Assembly (NCBI GenBank): GCA_976551045.1
Contig: CDPCPM010000141.1
Location: forward strand, 9,052,001-9,116,000
Direction of reading: 5' to 3'
DNA: 64,000 nucleotides
Source: Glaucostegus cemiculus
Taxonomy: Eukaryota
Below are positions 12,174 to 25,175 of the stretch, piece after piece; position 1 is the stretch's first letter; every line of letters begins with the position of its first letter. Both the position numbers and the translations under genes were made by a program. Below the pieces are notes generated by a model. That model was not told the DNA's origin. It saw only the letters and a list, made by a program, of their open reading frames with translations, and searched no databases.

Positions 12174-12316
12174 CTGCAGTGAACACAGATGGGGACATCG
12201 TCGTGCGGCTGAATCTTCCGCATGTCTTTGATCAGTTCCAGGATGGGATCTATTGAAGATGGAATGTCATGATCTGGCCAATTGACATAGTGAAGTTGAT
12301 ACATAGTCCGATTGAT
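12174..12316 (-). CDS. PTPN22: PTPN22-like exon 8 ([48 protein letters not shown])
   Basis: 143 nt, AG/GT boundaries; WPD loop and catalytic [13 protein letters not shown] is PTPN22-type rather than PTPN12-type. Confidence 0.96.
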
Positions 12317-13481
12317 CTGTTAGATAAAACCACGCATCAGTGCTTGTCCAATAGAATTCGCTGACAAACTCCAGCTGAGGGAATGGGCATCCCCATTTTA
12401 ACTGGGGGCATTAATATTAGTCAAAACCACCTGTCACACAGTACAGGTACAGTACTTAAATATATATCACCAGTCTGTAACCAATGAAATAAAACACACT
12501 CATCAAAAACACTCTATTTTACCACTAATCAAAAAATGAAATTAAAATTTACAGTCACATCCTGAACAAAAATGAGTACAGAAATCACTTAGCACAATAA
12601 TGGTTATTACTGATCTTCACCTTCTGATCAGAAATACAATTAGCCACAAGTGGATTCCCAATCAATGACATTTAGCTGATTACTAATATATTAGGTAACT
12701 GGTATCTAAAGGTTATATTATGATGAAATAATACCAAGATAACAAAGTAACTGAAAACATCAATAAAAAAGTTTCCAAAAGTTAATCTTCATTACACTTG
12801 GTTGGTTCTGATGGTAATCTTGGCGTTCTGTCTGAGGTAAGAGACTGAAACGTGCCTGCAGCTTTCTGCAGCATGTGCTAAGGTAGATGATGTAATCATT
12901 GGATGATGGTGGCCAGTTGGCCCACCTTGCTTCTGCTAGGTCTTTGGTAGAGCTTCCTGATTGATCCCACTCCCCTGCTCCATGCGCAGACCCTGTAAAT
13001 TTGATCTTTGAAGGACTTATCCCATTTGAATGTCAAAATTGAATTTGCTTCCAGCACCAGACAATAACTCAAGTGTTTCTCACGTCATCTCAGTTTCTTG
13101 TGTGAATCAACATGAATGTGTCTCCTCTGATTATCAACCATTCTGATATTGGAAACTACTTCAGTCCTTCTAAATTAATACCACTCACTTTAATCTTATC
13201 ATCTCAGATCTTTGTATTCAGTGGTTTACATTTTTCTGTAAAATAGTATTTCACTATTTGTTTTGTAGTTGAAGGTACAAATGCAGATGGTAAGGGGTTT
13301 CCTTACTATTATATTAATGAATTCACATTAATATTATATTAATTGTGCAGAAAAGTGAAAGAAAAATAGTTGTGCTAAGGAGCCAACAGTTTCAGGCATA
13401 TTAAACTAGGTTTGACTATGATTAGTATGCACATCCTTCATGGTAATAATTAGATACAAATCTTTTAATTATTTTACTCAC

Positions 13482-13541
13482 ACTTTGGAAATGAACTTTC
13501 AATGTTCTGATGATGTATTCTGGTTTGACTTCCTCTTGTTC
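13482..13541 (-). CDS. PTPN22: PTPN22-like exon 7 (EQEEVKPEYIIRTLKVHFQS)
   Basis: 60 nt, ccag|GAA acceptor and gtgagt donor; YIIRTLKV matches human PTPN22. Confidence 0.93.
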
Positions 13542-13809
13542 CTGGAAGACGAGAGAGACATTTTAAAGTGAAGCATTACAAAGCAGTCAATGTCGCAACC
13601 ATGGAATTCTAGGGTCACCATTTTCCTTCAACCAGAACTAAATGGGCAGCAAAGCCATAAGAATGTCACAGTCCAACCTTCAGGGACACCCATGTGGTTT
13701 CACTCACTCCTTGAAACTCAGTGATAAATTGGGGATGAGATTTTAGTATACACGTTATTAGTGAAGGTGAGGCACAGCAACACAGCTCAGTGGAGTGGAA
13801 TGTACATCC

Positions 13810-16800
13810 TGTACCAAGTGTATGAAATCATGAGGGTCATTGATAGGATCAATGAACACAGTCTTTTTCCCAGGGTTGGGAAATCAAGAACTAGAGGGCA
13901 TAGGTTTAAGGTGAGAGAGGAGAGATTTAATAGGAACCTGAGGGCAGTCAGTATATGTGGTTGCAGGGTGGAGATGATTGGGAATTAAATATCCAAGGGT
14001 TTCAGGTAATATGGAAGGATAGGCAGGAAGGTAAGGGAGGTAGGGTAGTGCTCTTAATTAAGAGAAAGATCAGGGCGATAGTGAGAGACGATTCAAGATC
14101 AAAGGATATATAAGATAAGAAATAAGATCTTTATTAGACACATGTACATCGAAACACACAGTGAAATACATCTTTTGCGTAGTGATTTTGGGGGGCAGCC
14201 CACAAGTGTCACCACGCTTCCGGCGCCAACATAGCATGCCCACAACTTCCTAACTTGTACGTCTTTGGAATGTGGGAGGAATCCAGAGCACCCGGAGGAA
14301 GCCCACACAGACACGGGGAGAACATACAAACTCTTTACAGACGGTGGCCGGAACTGAACCTGGGTCACTGGCGCTGTAAAGCATTGTGCTAACCACTATG
14401 CTACCATGCTGTCTGAGCAGAATGTTGAGTCCATCTGGGTAGAGATTAGGAATAGTAAAGTGAAAAAGAAAAATCACTGGTGGGAATTGTCTATAGGCTA
14501 CATTACAGTGGCACATGCATGAAACCAAGAAATATTTGATGCATGTAAGAATAACGATATTTGTCATGGGGTCTTTAACTTCCACATAGATTGAGTGAAT
14601 CAAGTTGGTTGAGGCAGTCTTGAGGAGGACTTCATAGAATGCATCCCTGACAGCTTTCTTGAACAGGATGTTAGTGAACCTATAGGGGAAAATACTACCT
14701 TAGATCTGGTCGTGTGCTGAGACAGGTAAAATTAATGAGCTTGTAGTTAGGAATCCTCTTGGAAAGAGTGAGCATAGTATGATTGAATTTCTCATACAAA
14801 TGGAGGGTGCAATAATTCATTCTAAAACCAGTGTATTATGCCTAAATAAGGGAGACTACATTGGGATGAGGGAGGAGTTGGCTAGCGTAAACTAGAAACA
14901 CAGGCTATTTGGTGAGACAGTTGAGGAATACTGAAGGACTTTCAAAGAGATCTTTCACAGTGCTCAACAGAAGTATATTCCAGTTACAAGCAAGGACAGC
15001 AAGGGTGGGGAGAGCCAGCCAACCTTGGATAACTAAAGAAATAAAGCTAGTAGCTCATGCACACAAAGTCACCAAGAGTAGTGGGAAACTGGAAGATTGG
15101 GAAAACTTTAAAAAGCAATAAAGATCCACTAAGCAAGCAATAAAGAAAGGGAAGATAGATGATGAAAGTAAACTACATTTTGTGCTAGCAAAAGATTTTA
15201 TAATTATATAAAGCGGAAAAGGGCAGCTAAAGTGAATGCAAGTCCCTTGGAAGAAGGGGGAATTAATATTGGGTAATGTAGAAGTGCCGAAGCCTTGAAC
15301 AACTATTTTGTGTTGGTCTTCATAGTGGAGGACACATCTAACATGCCAAAGAGAGATGTTATGGATGTGATGGGAGGTGAGGACCTCAATACAATTGCTG
15401 TCACTAAAGAGGTAGTGATGACCAAAATAGTGGGCCTAAGAGTAGACAAGCCCCTTGGTCCCAGTGGGATGCATCCCAGGGTGCTGTAAGAAATGGAGGA
15501 AGTTAGAGTAGAGGTATTTGTGATAATTTACCAAAATTCTCTGGACTCTGGGCAGGTCCCAGTGGAATGGAAGACAGTGAATAGGTAGGTTACTACAGGC
15601 CAGTTAGCTTAGCGTCTGTGGTCAGCAAAATGCTTGGGGCTAACATTAGGGAAGTAGTGAGACATCGGATTAGAAGTGGTTCCGTCAGGTAGACACAGCA
15701 TGGATTCAGGAAGGGCAGGTCCTGTTCGACAAATTTATTGGAGTTCTTTGAGGATATAATGAGCGCAGTGGATTGTGGGGATTGGGTGGATGTTGTATAC
15801 TTGGATTTCCAGAAGGTGTTCTGTATAAGGTGCCACATAAAAGACTCATCCATAAGATATGGATGCATGGAGTAGGGGGTAATGTATTAGCATGGATAGA
15901 GGAATGGTTAACCAATAGAAAGCAGAGAATTGGGATAAATGGGTGTTTCTCTGGTTGGCAATCAATGGTGAGTGGCATGCCACAGGGGTTGGTGCTGGGC
16001 CCGCAACCGTTTACAATAGAACACAGAGCAAGATGAAATGTCGGCACAACATTGTGGGCTGAAGGGCCTGTACTGTGCTATAGTGTTCTATGTTCTAAGA
16101 TCTATCTAGCTCTTCCCTCCCACATAACCCCCTATTTTTTCTGTCTTTCACGTGCCTATCTAAGAGTCTTTTAAATGTCCCTAATGTATCTGCCCCCACA
16201 ACCTCTGCCGGCAGTGCGTTCCACACATCCATCACTCATTTACCCCTGACATCCCCCTTATACATTCCTCCAATCACATTATAAACATTAATGATTGGAA
16301 GGGGGGACTGAGTGTAGCGTATTTAAGTTTGTTGATTACACTGAATTGAGTGGAAAAGCAAATTGTGCAGAGGATGTGGAGAGTCTGAAGAGAGATATTG
16401 ATAGGTTAAGTGAATGGGCAAGGGTATGGCAGATGGAATACAATGTTGGTAAATGTGAGGTCATCCATTTTGGAAGGAAAAATAAAAGATCAGATTATTA
16501 TTTAAATGGTGAAAGATTGCAGCATGCTGTTGCGCAGAGGGACTTGGGAGTGCTTGTGCATGAACCACAGAAGGTTAGTTTGCAGGTGCAACATGTTGCC
16601 AAGAAGGCAAATGGAATGTTGGCCTTCATTGCTAGATGATTTGAATTTAAGAGCAGGGAGGTTATGCTGCAATTGTACATGGTACTGGTGAGGCCACAAC
16701 TGTGGGCAGTTCTGGTCTCCTTACTTGAGGAAAGATATATGGACTTTGGAGGCAGTGCAGGGGGGTTTCACCAGGTTGATTCCAGAGATGAGAGGGTTAG

Positions 16801-17460
16801 CCTGTGAGGAGAGATTGAGTTGCCTGGGACTATACCCACTGGAATTCATAAGAATGAGTGGGGATCTTACAGAGACATATAAAATTATGAAAGGGATAGA
16901 TAACATAGAGGCGGGAAGGTTGTTTCCACTGGAAGGTGAGACTAGAACTAGGGGACAACGCCTCAAGGTTCAGGGCAGTACATTTAGGATGGCGAGGAGG
17001 AGGAGCTGCTTTTCCTAGAGTAGTGAATCTGTGGCATTCTCTGCCCAGGTAAGCAGTAGAGGCTACCTAATTAAATATATTTAAGACACAGTTAGATAGA
17101 TTTTTGCATAGTAGGTGAATTAAAAGTTATGGGGAAAAGGCAGGTCAGTGAATCTGAGTCCATGGCCAGATCAGCCATGATGTTATTGAATGGCAGAGCA
17201 GGCTCAACGGGCCAGATGGCCGACTCCTGATCCTGTTTCTTATGTTCTTATGTATATGGAATAGGCTGCCAGAAAACGTGGTTGAGGAAGGTACATCAAC
17301 AACATTTAAAAGGCACTCGGACTGGTACATGGATAGGAAAAGTTTAGAGGGACGTGGGCCAAACGTGGGCAAATGGGACTAACTTAGATGGGAATCTTGG
17401 TTGGCATGGACCAGTTGGGCCAAAGGTCCTGTTTCCATGCTGTATAACTCTGTGATTCTA
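13810..17460 (+). mobile_element. CR1 ORF2 cluster (endonuclease to 3' tail) with nested SINE and other CR1 tails
   Basis: ORFs 14909-17018 with VDKPLGPSGMHPRVL, KVPHKRL, GMPQGLVLGP and WQMEYNVGKCEVIHFG; tails at ~16095, ~17250 and ~17460. Confidence 0.9.
14120..14412 (-). mobile_element. tRNA-derived V-SINE (HE1-like head/core) with Rex/Babar-type tail
   Basis: A-box-like tagcatagtggtt, B-box-like ggttcagttcc, V-domain-like gttctccccgtgtctgtgtgggcttcctccgggtgctc, tail tttcactgtgtgtttcgatgtacatgtgtctaataaa. Confidence 0.85.
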
Positions 17461-20400
17461 TGTTGGAAGTCATGAATACTTCTGGTGACCCAGACAGCCA
17501 TATATGTAGGGAGCATCTCCGACTGAACTTGAGTGGTAGCTGGAGTCACTGTGCCACATTCACGAGGCTGAGAACTTCATGGAGAGCATGTTTAGGTAGT
17601 TCATCACCTGCAGCCTATCAGTGTGGAGGCAGATAAAGGATGGGAGACTGACAGGCAGACCAGGAGGAGCTGGAAGGTAGTGGAGGATTCCCCTGAGAAA
17701 ATCTGGATCCTGTATAATTTTTCATCACCTTTGAGTAATGTAATCCCACTGGCCCCTAACAGCCTCCTCAGACCCATCACTCAAGTTCTCCCCAACCGTA
17801 ATTGCCTGACTCCCCCTCACCTCTGACCCAATCAATCCCCTTATGTACAATAATCCCCAATCCCTTTACTAAGCAATCAATAAGGCCTTTGGAAAGTCCA
17901 CTGGCTTATACTCCCTTTTAAATACTGTTTGGGGTATGGTTCTTTGGGGAAGTGCAATTCGATCCAGCAGTGTGTCACCATGAGTAGTTGAAAGGCACAG
18001 GAGGGAAGGAAGAAGAACAATAGCAATAATGTTGGGAGATTCAGTGGTTATGTAGGGGGTGGCTAGGTGTTTCTGTGGGGTTTGTGGCCTCCCTGTTGCC
18101 AGGGTTAACACTGTCACTGAACAGCCTGAAAAAAAAGAGGGAAAAAAGCCAAAGGCCACAATCCATAGCAGTACTGATGACATAGGCAGTAAGAGGGATC
18201 AGGATATGCAGGCAGTGTTTATGGAGTCAGGAAAGAGGCTAAACAAAAAGGACATCAAATGCAGTAACCTTAGGAATACATCTGGTGTTACGTACAGAAA
18301 TAGGAGGATAGTACAAATGTCTGAAGATGTCGCAGTTAGAAGGGCGTTAGATTTCTGAGGCAAAGGGGCAGTTTCTGGGGAAGGTGAAACCCGCACACAT
18401 CAGACATGATGCAGCTCAGCAGGACTGGTGCCAATACCCTTTACAGGAGCGTTTGCTGGTGCTGCTGGGGAGGGTTTATACTAGCACGGCAGGGGAATGG
18501 GAAGTTCAAGGAGTATTCAGGAAGATGAGAAACAAAGTGGGAAGTGGAAGTTAGAACAATGATAAGTGACAAAAATAGACAGCAGAAACAATGGCAAGCA
18601 ATAAAAAGGGGTTAAAAATCAGAAAATGGACAAATTAAAGATGATCTATCTAAATACTCTCAATCTTCATAACTAGCAGAGATAGAACTAAACAGATATG
18701 ATGTAATTGGCATTACAGAAACATAGCTGCAGGATGATCAAAACTGGGAACTGAATGTTTAGGGATATTTGTCAGTAATGAAGGTCAGGTAAAAAGGAAG
18801 TGGTGTGCCACTATGAATAAGGAAGGTGATTAGTAGAGCGGCTAGGAATGATTTTGGCTTGATAGATAATGATGTAGAATGAGAATCAAATTGAGTTGAA
18901 TTAAGAACTAGCAAAATGTAGAAAACATTGATAGGAGCTATTTATTGGCCACCAAAGAGATGTAAAAATTGGATATAGTATAAATCAGGAAATTAGAGGT
19001 ACTTGCAACATGAGTAATGCAGGAACATTAATCTACATGTAGATTAGAAGTCAAATTAGCAGAACTGAGGTGGAGAACTATTTCATGGAACGTACAAGGT
19101 GGTTTTCTAGGTCAATATGTTGAGGAACCAACTGAGGACAAAGCAATTTTAGAAATTGTTTTGTCCTGTGAGAAAGGTTTAATTAATAATCCTGTAGTAA
19201 AGGGACCTTTAAAAGGGTGACTAAAACATGATAGAATTTTGAATAGAGTTTGAAAGTGATGTGGTTGAATCCAAAACTATGATTTTAAATCTCAACAAAG
19301 GAAGCTATGAAGGAAAGAGGGGAGAAATGGCTGTGGTTAATTGGTGAAATACATTGAAAAATTTTACAATGGACAGCCATGTCTTGTATTCAAAGAAAGA
19401 ATGCATAAACTGAAAATAAAAATATTCTTTTAAGTCCAAATCCCAAATGGAAAAGAGATCCATCCTTGGCTGATGAGAGGAATGAAGGATAGTATTAAAT
19501 CAAAGGAAGAGGCTAATAAAATTGCCAGTAATAGCAGAGGATTTGAGGATTGGGTGTATTTTTGGAACTCAGCAGAGGAGCACCAAGAAAATGATCTATA
19601 AAAGGGCAAGATAGAATAATCTATAGATATATAAAGGAAAAGACTTGTAAGGGTGAAGGTAGGTCCCTTATAAGCAGAGTAGAGTGAATTTATGAGGAGA
19701 AATAAGAAATTGGCAGAGGAATTGAACAACTATTTTGTGTGGGTCTTCATGAGGGAAAAAAACAAAAAAAAATCCACCAAACAATTAGAGAACCAAAGGG
19801 CCAATGAAAGTGACAAAAAGAAGAAAATAAATACTGGTCAAAAAATATTGCTAGAGAAGTTGGTGAGCTAAAATGCTGGTACGAGGAACCAATGATCAAC
19901 CTGCACTGATTTTTGGAGGAGTGGGCTATAGAGATAGTGGAAGCTCTGGTTATCAGTTTTCAAAATTTTATAGATTCTGGAATTGTTTTGTATATTGAAG
20001 AGTAGCGAATATGACCTCACTATTTAATGAAGGAAGGAAGGAGAAAACAGTGAACTATCAACTTGCTATCCTAATGTCAGTAGCAGGGAAAATGCTGGAA
20101 TCTTAAAACAAAGGATGTAATAACAGAACATCTTGGAAAGAATAATGGGAGTCAGCATGGATTTATGAAAGAAAAATATGTTTTACTCATTTGCTGGAGG
20201 TCTTTGAAGATGTGACTGGTAAAACAGATAATGAGAAATCAGTGGATTATCCAAAGGCATTCAATAAGGACCTAAACAGGATATTGGCCAACACTGAAAC
20301 AGAGTGGGGAGGGGGTAATATATTGACATGAATTGAGAATTGGTTATTGGACTGAAAGCAAAGAGAGGCAATAAACAGATCCTTCTCAGGGCAGCAAGCT

Positions 20401-21300
20401 GTGACTAGTTGGATACCACCAGGATCAACACTTAGTTCCCAGCTATTCACAATCCATTGTAACAATCCAACTGAGGGGAACAAATATTTTACCTCCAAGT
20501 TTCCTCATGACATTAAATTAGGCACGATCATGAGAAGGAAGTATAGAGGCTTCAAGGAAACGTCAACAAGTTGTCAGTAGTCAAAAATGTGGCAAATGCA
20601 AATTAACATGGAAGACTGTGAGCTCACCCACTATGGTGCTCAAAACAGAAAAGTAGAGCATTTGTTAAATAGTGACAGATTGGGTAGTGATGATGTTCAA
20701 ATGGACCAACAAGCAAATGGGAAGGCAAATATTTTAGCTTTATTATGAGAGGATTTGATTACGGAAGTCTCATCGCAATTGAAGAGGGCCTTAGTGCAAC
20801 TGCGTCTGGAGTATTATGTATAGTTTTGGTCTCCTTACCAAAGAAAGTGCAGCAAAGATTCACTGGACTGATTCCAGGAATGGCAAGTTTGCTGTGTTAG
20901 AAGAGATTCAATAAACTAGGCCTATATTCTACAAAGTTTAGAAGAATGAGGGGAGATCTCATTTGAACCTACAAAATTAATACAGGGTCGATGCAGGGAG
21001 AATGTTTCTCATGGCTGAGAAGTGAAGAACCAGGAGTTACACTCTCTGAATAAGAGATAGGCTGTTTAGGACTGAGATGAAGAGGGTGGTGGTGAATCTT
21101 TGGAATTCTCCATTCTGGATGACTGTGGAAGTTCAGACATTGAGTTCATTCAAAATGGAGAGTGATCAATTTCTGGATACTAAGGGGAATGGAGGTAATG
21201 CAGGAAAATGGCACTGGGGAAGAAGATTAGCCTTGATGCTACGAATAGCAGAGCAGGATAAAGGGACTGGATGGCCTACTCCTGCTCCTATTTCTTATGT
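17460..21300 (+). mobile_element. Old near-full-length CR1 (ORF1 esterase remnants + ORF2)
   Basis: Degraded GDS/HxxTDD esterase motifs at 18030-18480, endonuclease at 18640-19260, RT to 21200, tail ttcttatgtt. Confidence 0.85.
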
Positions 21301-21849
21301 TAAAGTTAATTACCAGTTTTAATTTCTAGTTAACTGAGTTTATCCAGTCAATAGCTGACCCATATCAAGAATGGAATTCTTAGGTTCTAGTTGTTTATGG
21401 ATTCCAATAATTATATATTCTTATGACGCAGAGGGAAGACATCCAGCCCATCATGCTGGCTTTTTCATCCAATTTTACCCGTTCCCCAACTCTTTCCACA
21501 CAGCACCGCACTGTTTCTTCTGCTATTCTAATTCCCTCTCACAATATTAACAACCTTTAATACATGATGAATCCTCCAGAAGTGCACGGAACCAGGATTA
21601 GCAACTCTTTTCATAAATAAAATATCCAGCACAAAATGAATGGCTTTGTGTTTTTCCTTTGTTGTTTTTAAATGCTGATAATCAGAACATGATAAACATT
21701 TTCATTGTTTTTCTATAGACAATAAAAACTAAAACAACATATTCTTTTAAAAGCCAAATATACACAGAAAATGTGGTTTCTTTTTTAAAAAGGATAATCA
21801 AGACTACAACAAATAGGGAGGTCAGTCCACTCATAGTTAAAATACTCAC

Positions 21850-21921
21850 ACAAGTAATACTGAAAGGCCCAGTACAGTATGGATCTTCTCCTTTGTTGGC
21901 CCAATATCGCTCACATTTTTT
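21850..21921 (-). CDS. PTPN22: PTPN22-like exon 6 (KKCERYWANKGEDPYCTGPFSITC)
   Basis: 72 nt, ttcag|AAA acceptor and gtgagt donor; KCERYW motif. Confidence 0.95.
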
Positions 21922-22429
21922 CTGAAAGGCAAGGAGAGACACAAATCTCAGAATCTTACACCACAGAAGGAGTTCATTTGTCCCATCATGACTGTGTTGG
22001 CTCCTTGATAAAATTAAATTCACTTATTGGAATTTCTCCAAATTCCTGAAATTTTCATTACCAGTGATTATCCAACCCCTTCTGAAAGTCACTGTTGAAT
22101 CTGCTTCCACCACTCCTTTGGGCTGTATATTCCAAATAATAACAATATTTTTATCTCTACCATCCCTTTACCTTATTCTTAATTTACATTCATTGGTTAC
22201 TGACTTCCCTACCTGTGGAAACTGTTTTTGCCATCTTCTCGACCCAACCCTTCTTGATTAAATTTCCCTTTGGGAGGACAAACTGAATTCTCCAGTATCT
22301 TCAGATGACTGATCCCTCATCTCTCCTTCACTGCTAAATCTCTGAACTTTTTTTTTTGAAGACCCCGATGCTCTTCCTAAAGTGTGGTGCCCAGATGAAG
22401 TGCAGTAAGTCATAAAAGGTAGAGCTTAA

Positions 22430-23370
22430 CGTCATGGAGTCAGAGAGTTGAACAGTACAGAAATAGGCCCTTTTGTCCACCATGTCATTTTGCCTATCTA
22501 TATTAATCCCATTTGCTTGCATTAGGTCCATTTTCTTCCAAGCCTTGCCTATTCAAGTGCCCATCTAAATGCCTGTTAAAGCATTGCGATTGTATCTGAT
22601 TCCACCATCTCCTCTGGCAGCTTCTTTAAAATATCAACTACTCTGTGTTAAAATGCAGGGTCTCGACCTGAAACTTCAACTATCCCTTTGCCTCCACAGA
22701 CGCTGCTTGGCCCACTGAGTTCCTCCAGCAGTTTATTTTTCTGCTCCAATATCTTGGTGACTCTCCTCTGCACTTTGTGTTGGAGAAATCACATTCTTCC
22801 TATAGTGTGGTAACCAGAATTACACAATACTCTAAGTGTGGTCTAAACCAGTGCTTCGTAAAGCCGCAACATAATCTGCCAGCTTTTGTATTCTATGCCC
22901 ACTTCCTCGGGGGGTAAAAAATTTACTTTTTTTAATCCTTGAAATGACTGAAAGAATAGCTTTGGGGAAAGCAAATGTATACTTACCCGTCCCATCTCAA
23001 ACTCACGACAAGCCATGACAACTACCTGGCAGAACAAAGGAATGTAAACATGTTAGGAAGACCGATTATAAAGCAGAGTTTTAACCTTCATTCATGCAAC
23101 AACTTGCAATTATATGAAGAAAGAATTTCTCAGAGCACTAAAACACAAAAGCAGGCCCTTCGGCCCACCTAGCCCATGTCAACCTGATCTTCTGCCTAGT
23201 CCCATCTACCTATACAGACCATATCCCTCCAAATCCCTCCCACCCATGTACCTATCCAAACCTCTCTTATACGTTTCAATTGAACCCATATCTACCACTT
23301 TTGCTGGCATCTCATTCCACGCTCACACCACCCTCTCAGTGAAGAAGTTTCCCCTCAAGATTCCCCTTTT
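22430..23370 (-). mobile_element. CR1 3' fragments flanking exon 5 (22430-22900 and 23130-23370)
   Basis: IEYKSWQIMLRLYEALV remnant and gggcct..tgtgct tails. Confidence 0.7.
22987..23025 (-). CDS. PTPN22: PTPN22-like exon 5 (VVVMACREFEMGR)
   Basis: 39 nt, cag|GTA acceptor and gtaagt donor; VMAC motif typical of PEST-family PTPs. Confidence 0.93.
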
Positions 23371-23604
23371 ATATTTCACCTGTTTACATATTGACTCTCT
23401 AATAGGATGAAACATCCAAAGGAGCTTCATCAGATACACCTTTCATGAAGTGTCATGCCAGTTTCAATGTCATGGTACCGTCACATGGGAGAAACATTTT
23501 GGGGAGCAGTATATTTGAGAAGGCTTCTGAACTTGTGTACACGTGTGATAATAGATAATGTTTTGGAAAAATACTGTTACTGAACAGCCCAGTTTTGTAA
23601 AAAT

Positions 23605-23760
23605 CAAAGAACTGATTCTGGAAGCACTCAGCAGGTCAGGCAGTAGCTGTGAAAAGAGAACTAGAATTAAAGTTTCAGGTCAATGACCTTTCATCAGAAG
23701 AGGGTCTTCGAATTGATATGTTGACTCTCTTTTCACAGATGCTGTCTAAGTGGTTGAAGG
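23605..23760. mobile_element. Back-to-back inverted pair of Penelope-like terminal fragments
   Basis: Minus copy CTGATGA-A-AGGTC-ATT-GACCT-GAAAC (23697-23672) abuts a plus copy agggtcttcg...cacagatgctg. Confidence 0.6.
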
Positions 23761-24019
23761 CCCTGTATTAGTAAAGCAGAGGGAAGAGAGGGAGTACACT
23801 CATATCAAAGTCAGACGAGCCACCATTGTGAAAAAGACAAAAAGTCTGAAGGAGATTGATTGTGAATGGTAGACATAGCTTGAATGGATGTTGGGGTTAT
23901 TGAAATTGACGGTCAGGGAGCTGGATATCTGATGGAGGTTATTGGGAATGGGTGTCACGTATGGTATTCAGTCATGGGCACAAGCCCTTTGTGGATTGTT
24001 GTTTGCTTATGATTAGATC

Positions 24020-25175
24020 ACGATGTCCAAAGTCCAATTCAATTCACAACTTCTGAAATGATGAAACAGACAGTGCTGGCAGGCAGCATAACCTGGATAA
24101 TTTTCAGGCCTGACTGATAATTATCATATAGCATTCACACTGCACAAGACTCAGGCGATGACCATTTACTAAAAGAAAGAGCCTGACCAACTCTCCTCAG
24201 CATTCAATGGCATTCTGTGATCAAACCCCCTCCATTAAACTCTTTGGGGGAGCAAGGTTACCACTGACCAGAAACTTAAATAAAATGGTCACATAAATAC
24301 AATGGGCAGAAGAGCAGGGGGTATCCCACAGTGAGGTACCTCAGTCCTTAACTCCTGAAGAGCTTTCATTATCTAAAAGATATAAAGCCCACTTGTCTGG
24401 TTGCATGTAGCTTCATCAACAATCAAGAAGATGTCCACCATTCAGCACAAGATGACCTGCTTGTTGGCACTCATCTATCGCCCTAAAAGTTCACTGTCTC
24501 TGACAAAAGTACCCCCTGGCCCCAGTCTGTACATCCACAAAATGCGCTGCAGTTGTTGGCTGGGCATCTCTGAAAGCACCTCCCAAGATCATGACCTCTG
24601 CCACCAAGAAGAACAAGGACAGCAGACATATAGAAAGGCCACCAGCTACAGATTCTCCTTGAAGTCTCATCATTGTAACTTGGAAATATACTATACTGCC
24701 ATCATTGTCATTGCGTCAGATAATGGAATTCCTCAATAATGCTTGTTAGTACCTTCAACAAAATGTTAGGAGCTGTTTGATTTTGCATGCCCAGCATTTA
24801 TTTCTCAAGCTGATTAACAGCTAAAAATGTTAGATGCTTTGTTATCTAGCAGAATGTGGGGCGATCTTACTGAAATGTAAAAGAAATCCTAAGGGGGCAT
24901 GACAGGGTAAATGTTGAGATGTTCCAACTAGTGGGAGAGTCTGGAATGAGGGAAAATAATTACAAGATAAGGGGTAGTCATTTAAAACTGAGGTGCATAG
25001 GAATTTCCCCCCCCCCCCCCCCCCAGATGGTGGCGAATCTCTGGAATTGTCTGCCCAGTAGGTCTGTGTGGAACTGGCATAGAAGAGAAGTTGATGCCTG
25101 GGCCAGGATCATATTAAATGGTGGGGCAGGTTTGAGTGACCTACTCCTGTTCCTATTTTATCATGTTCTTGTGTT
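24020..25175 (+). mobile_element. Old CR1/L2-group LINE 3' region (24020-24760) and a CR1 3' end (24850-25175)
   Basis: Degraded RT C-terminal remnants; LWNCLP and tail ttcttgtgttcct. Confidence 0.55.
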
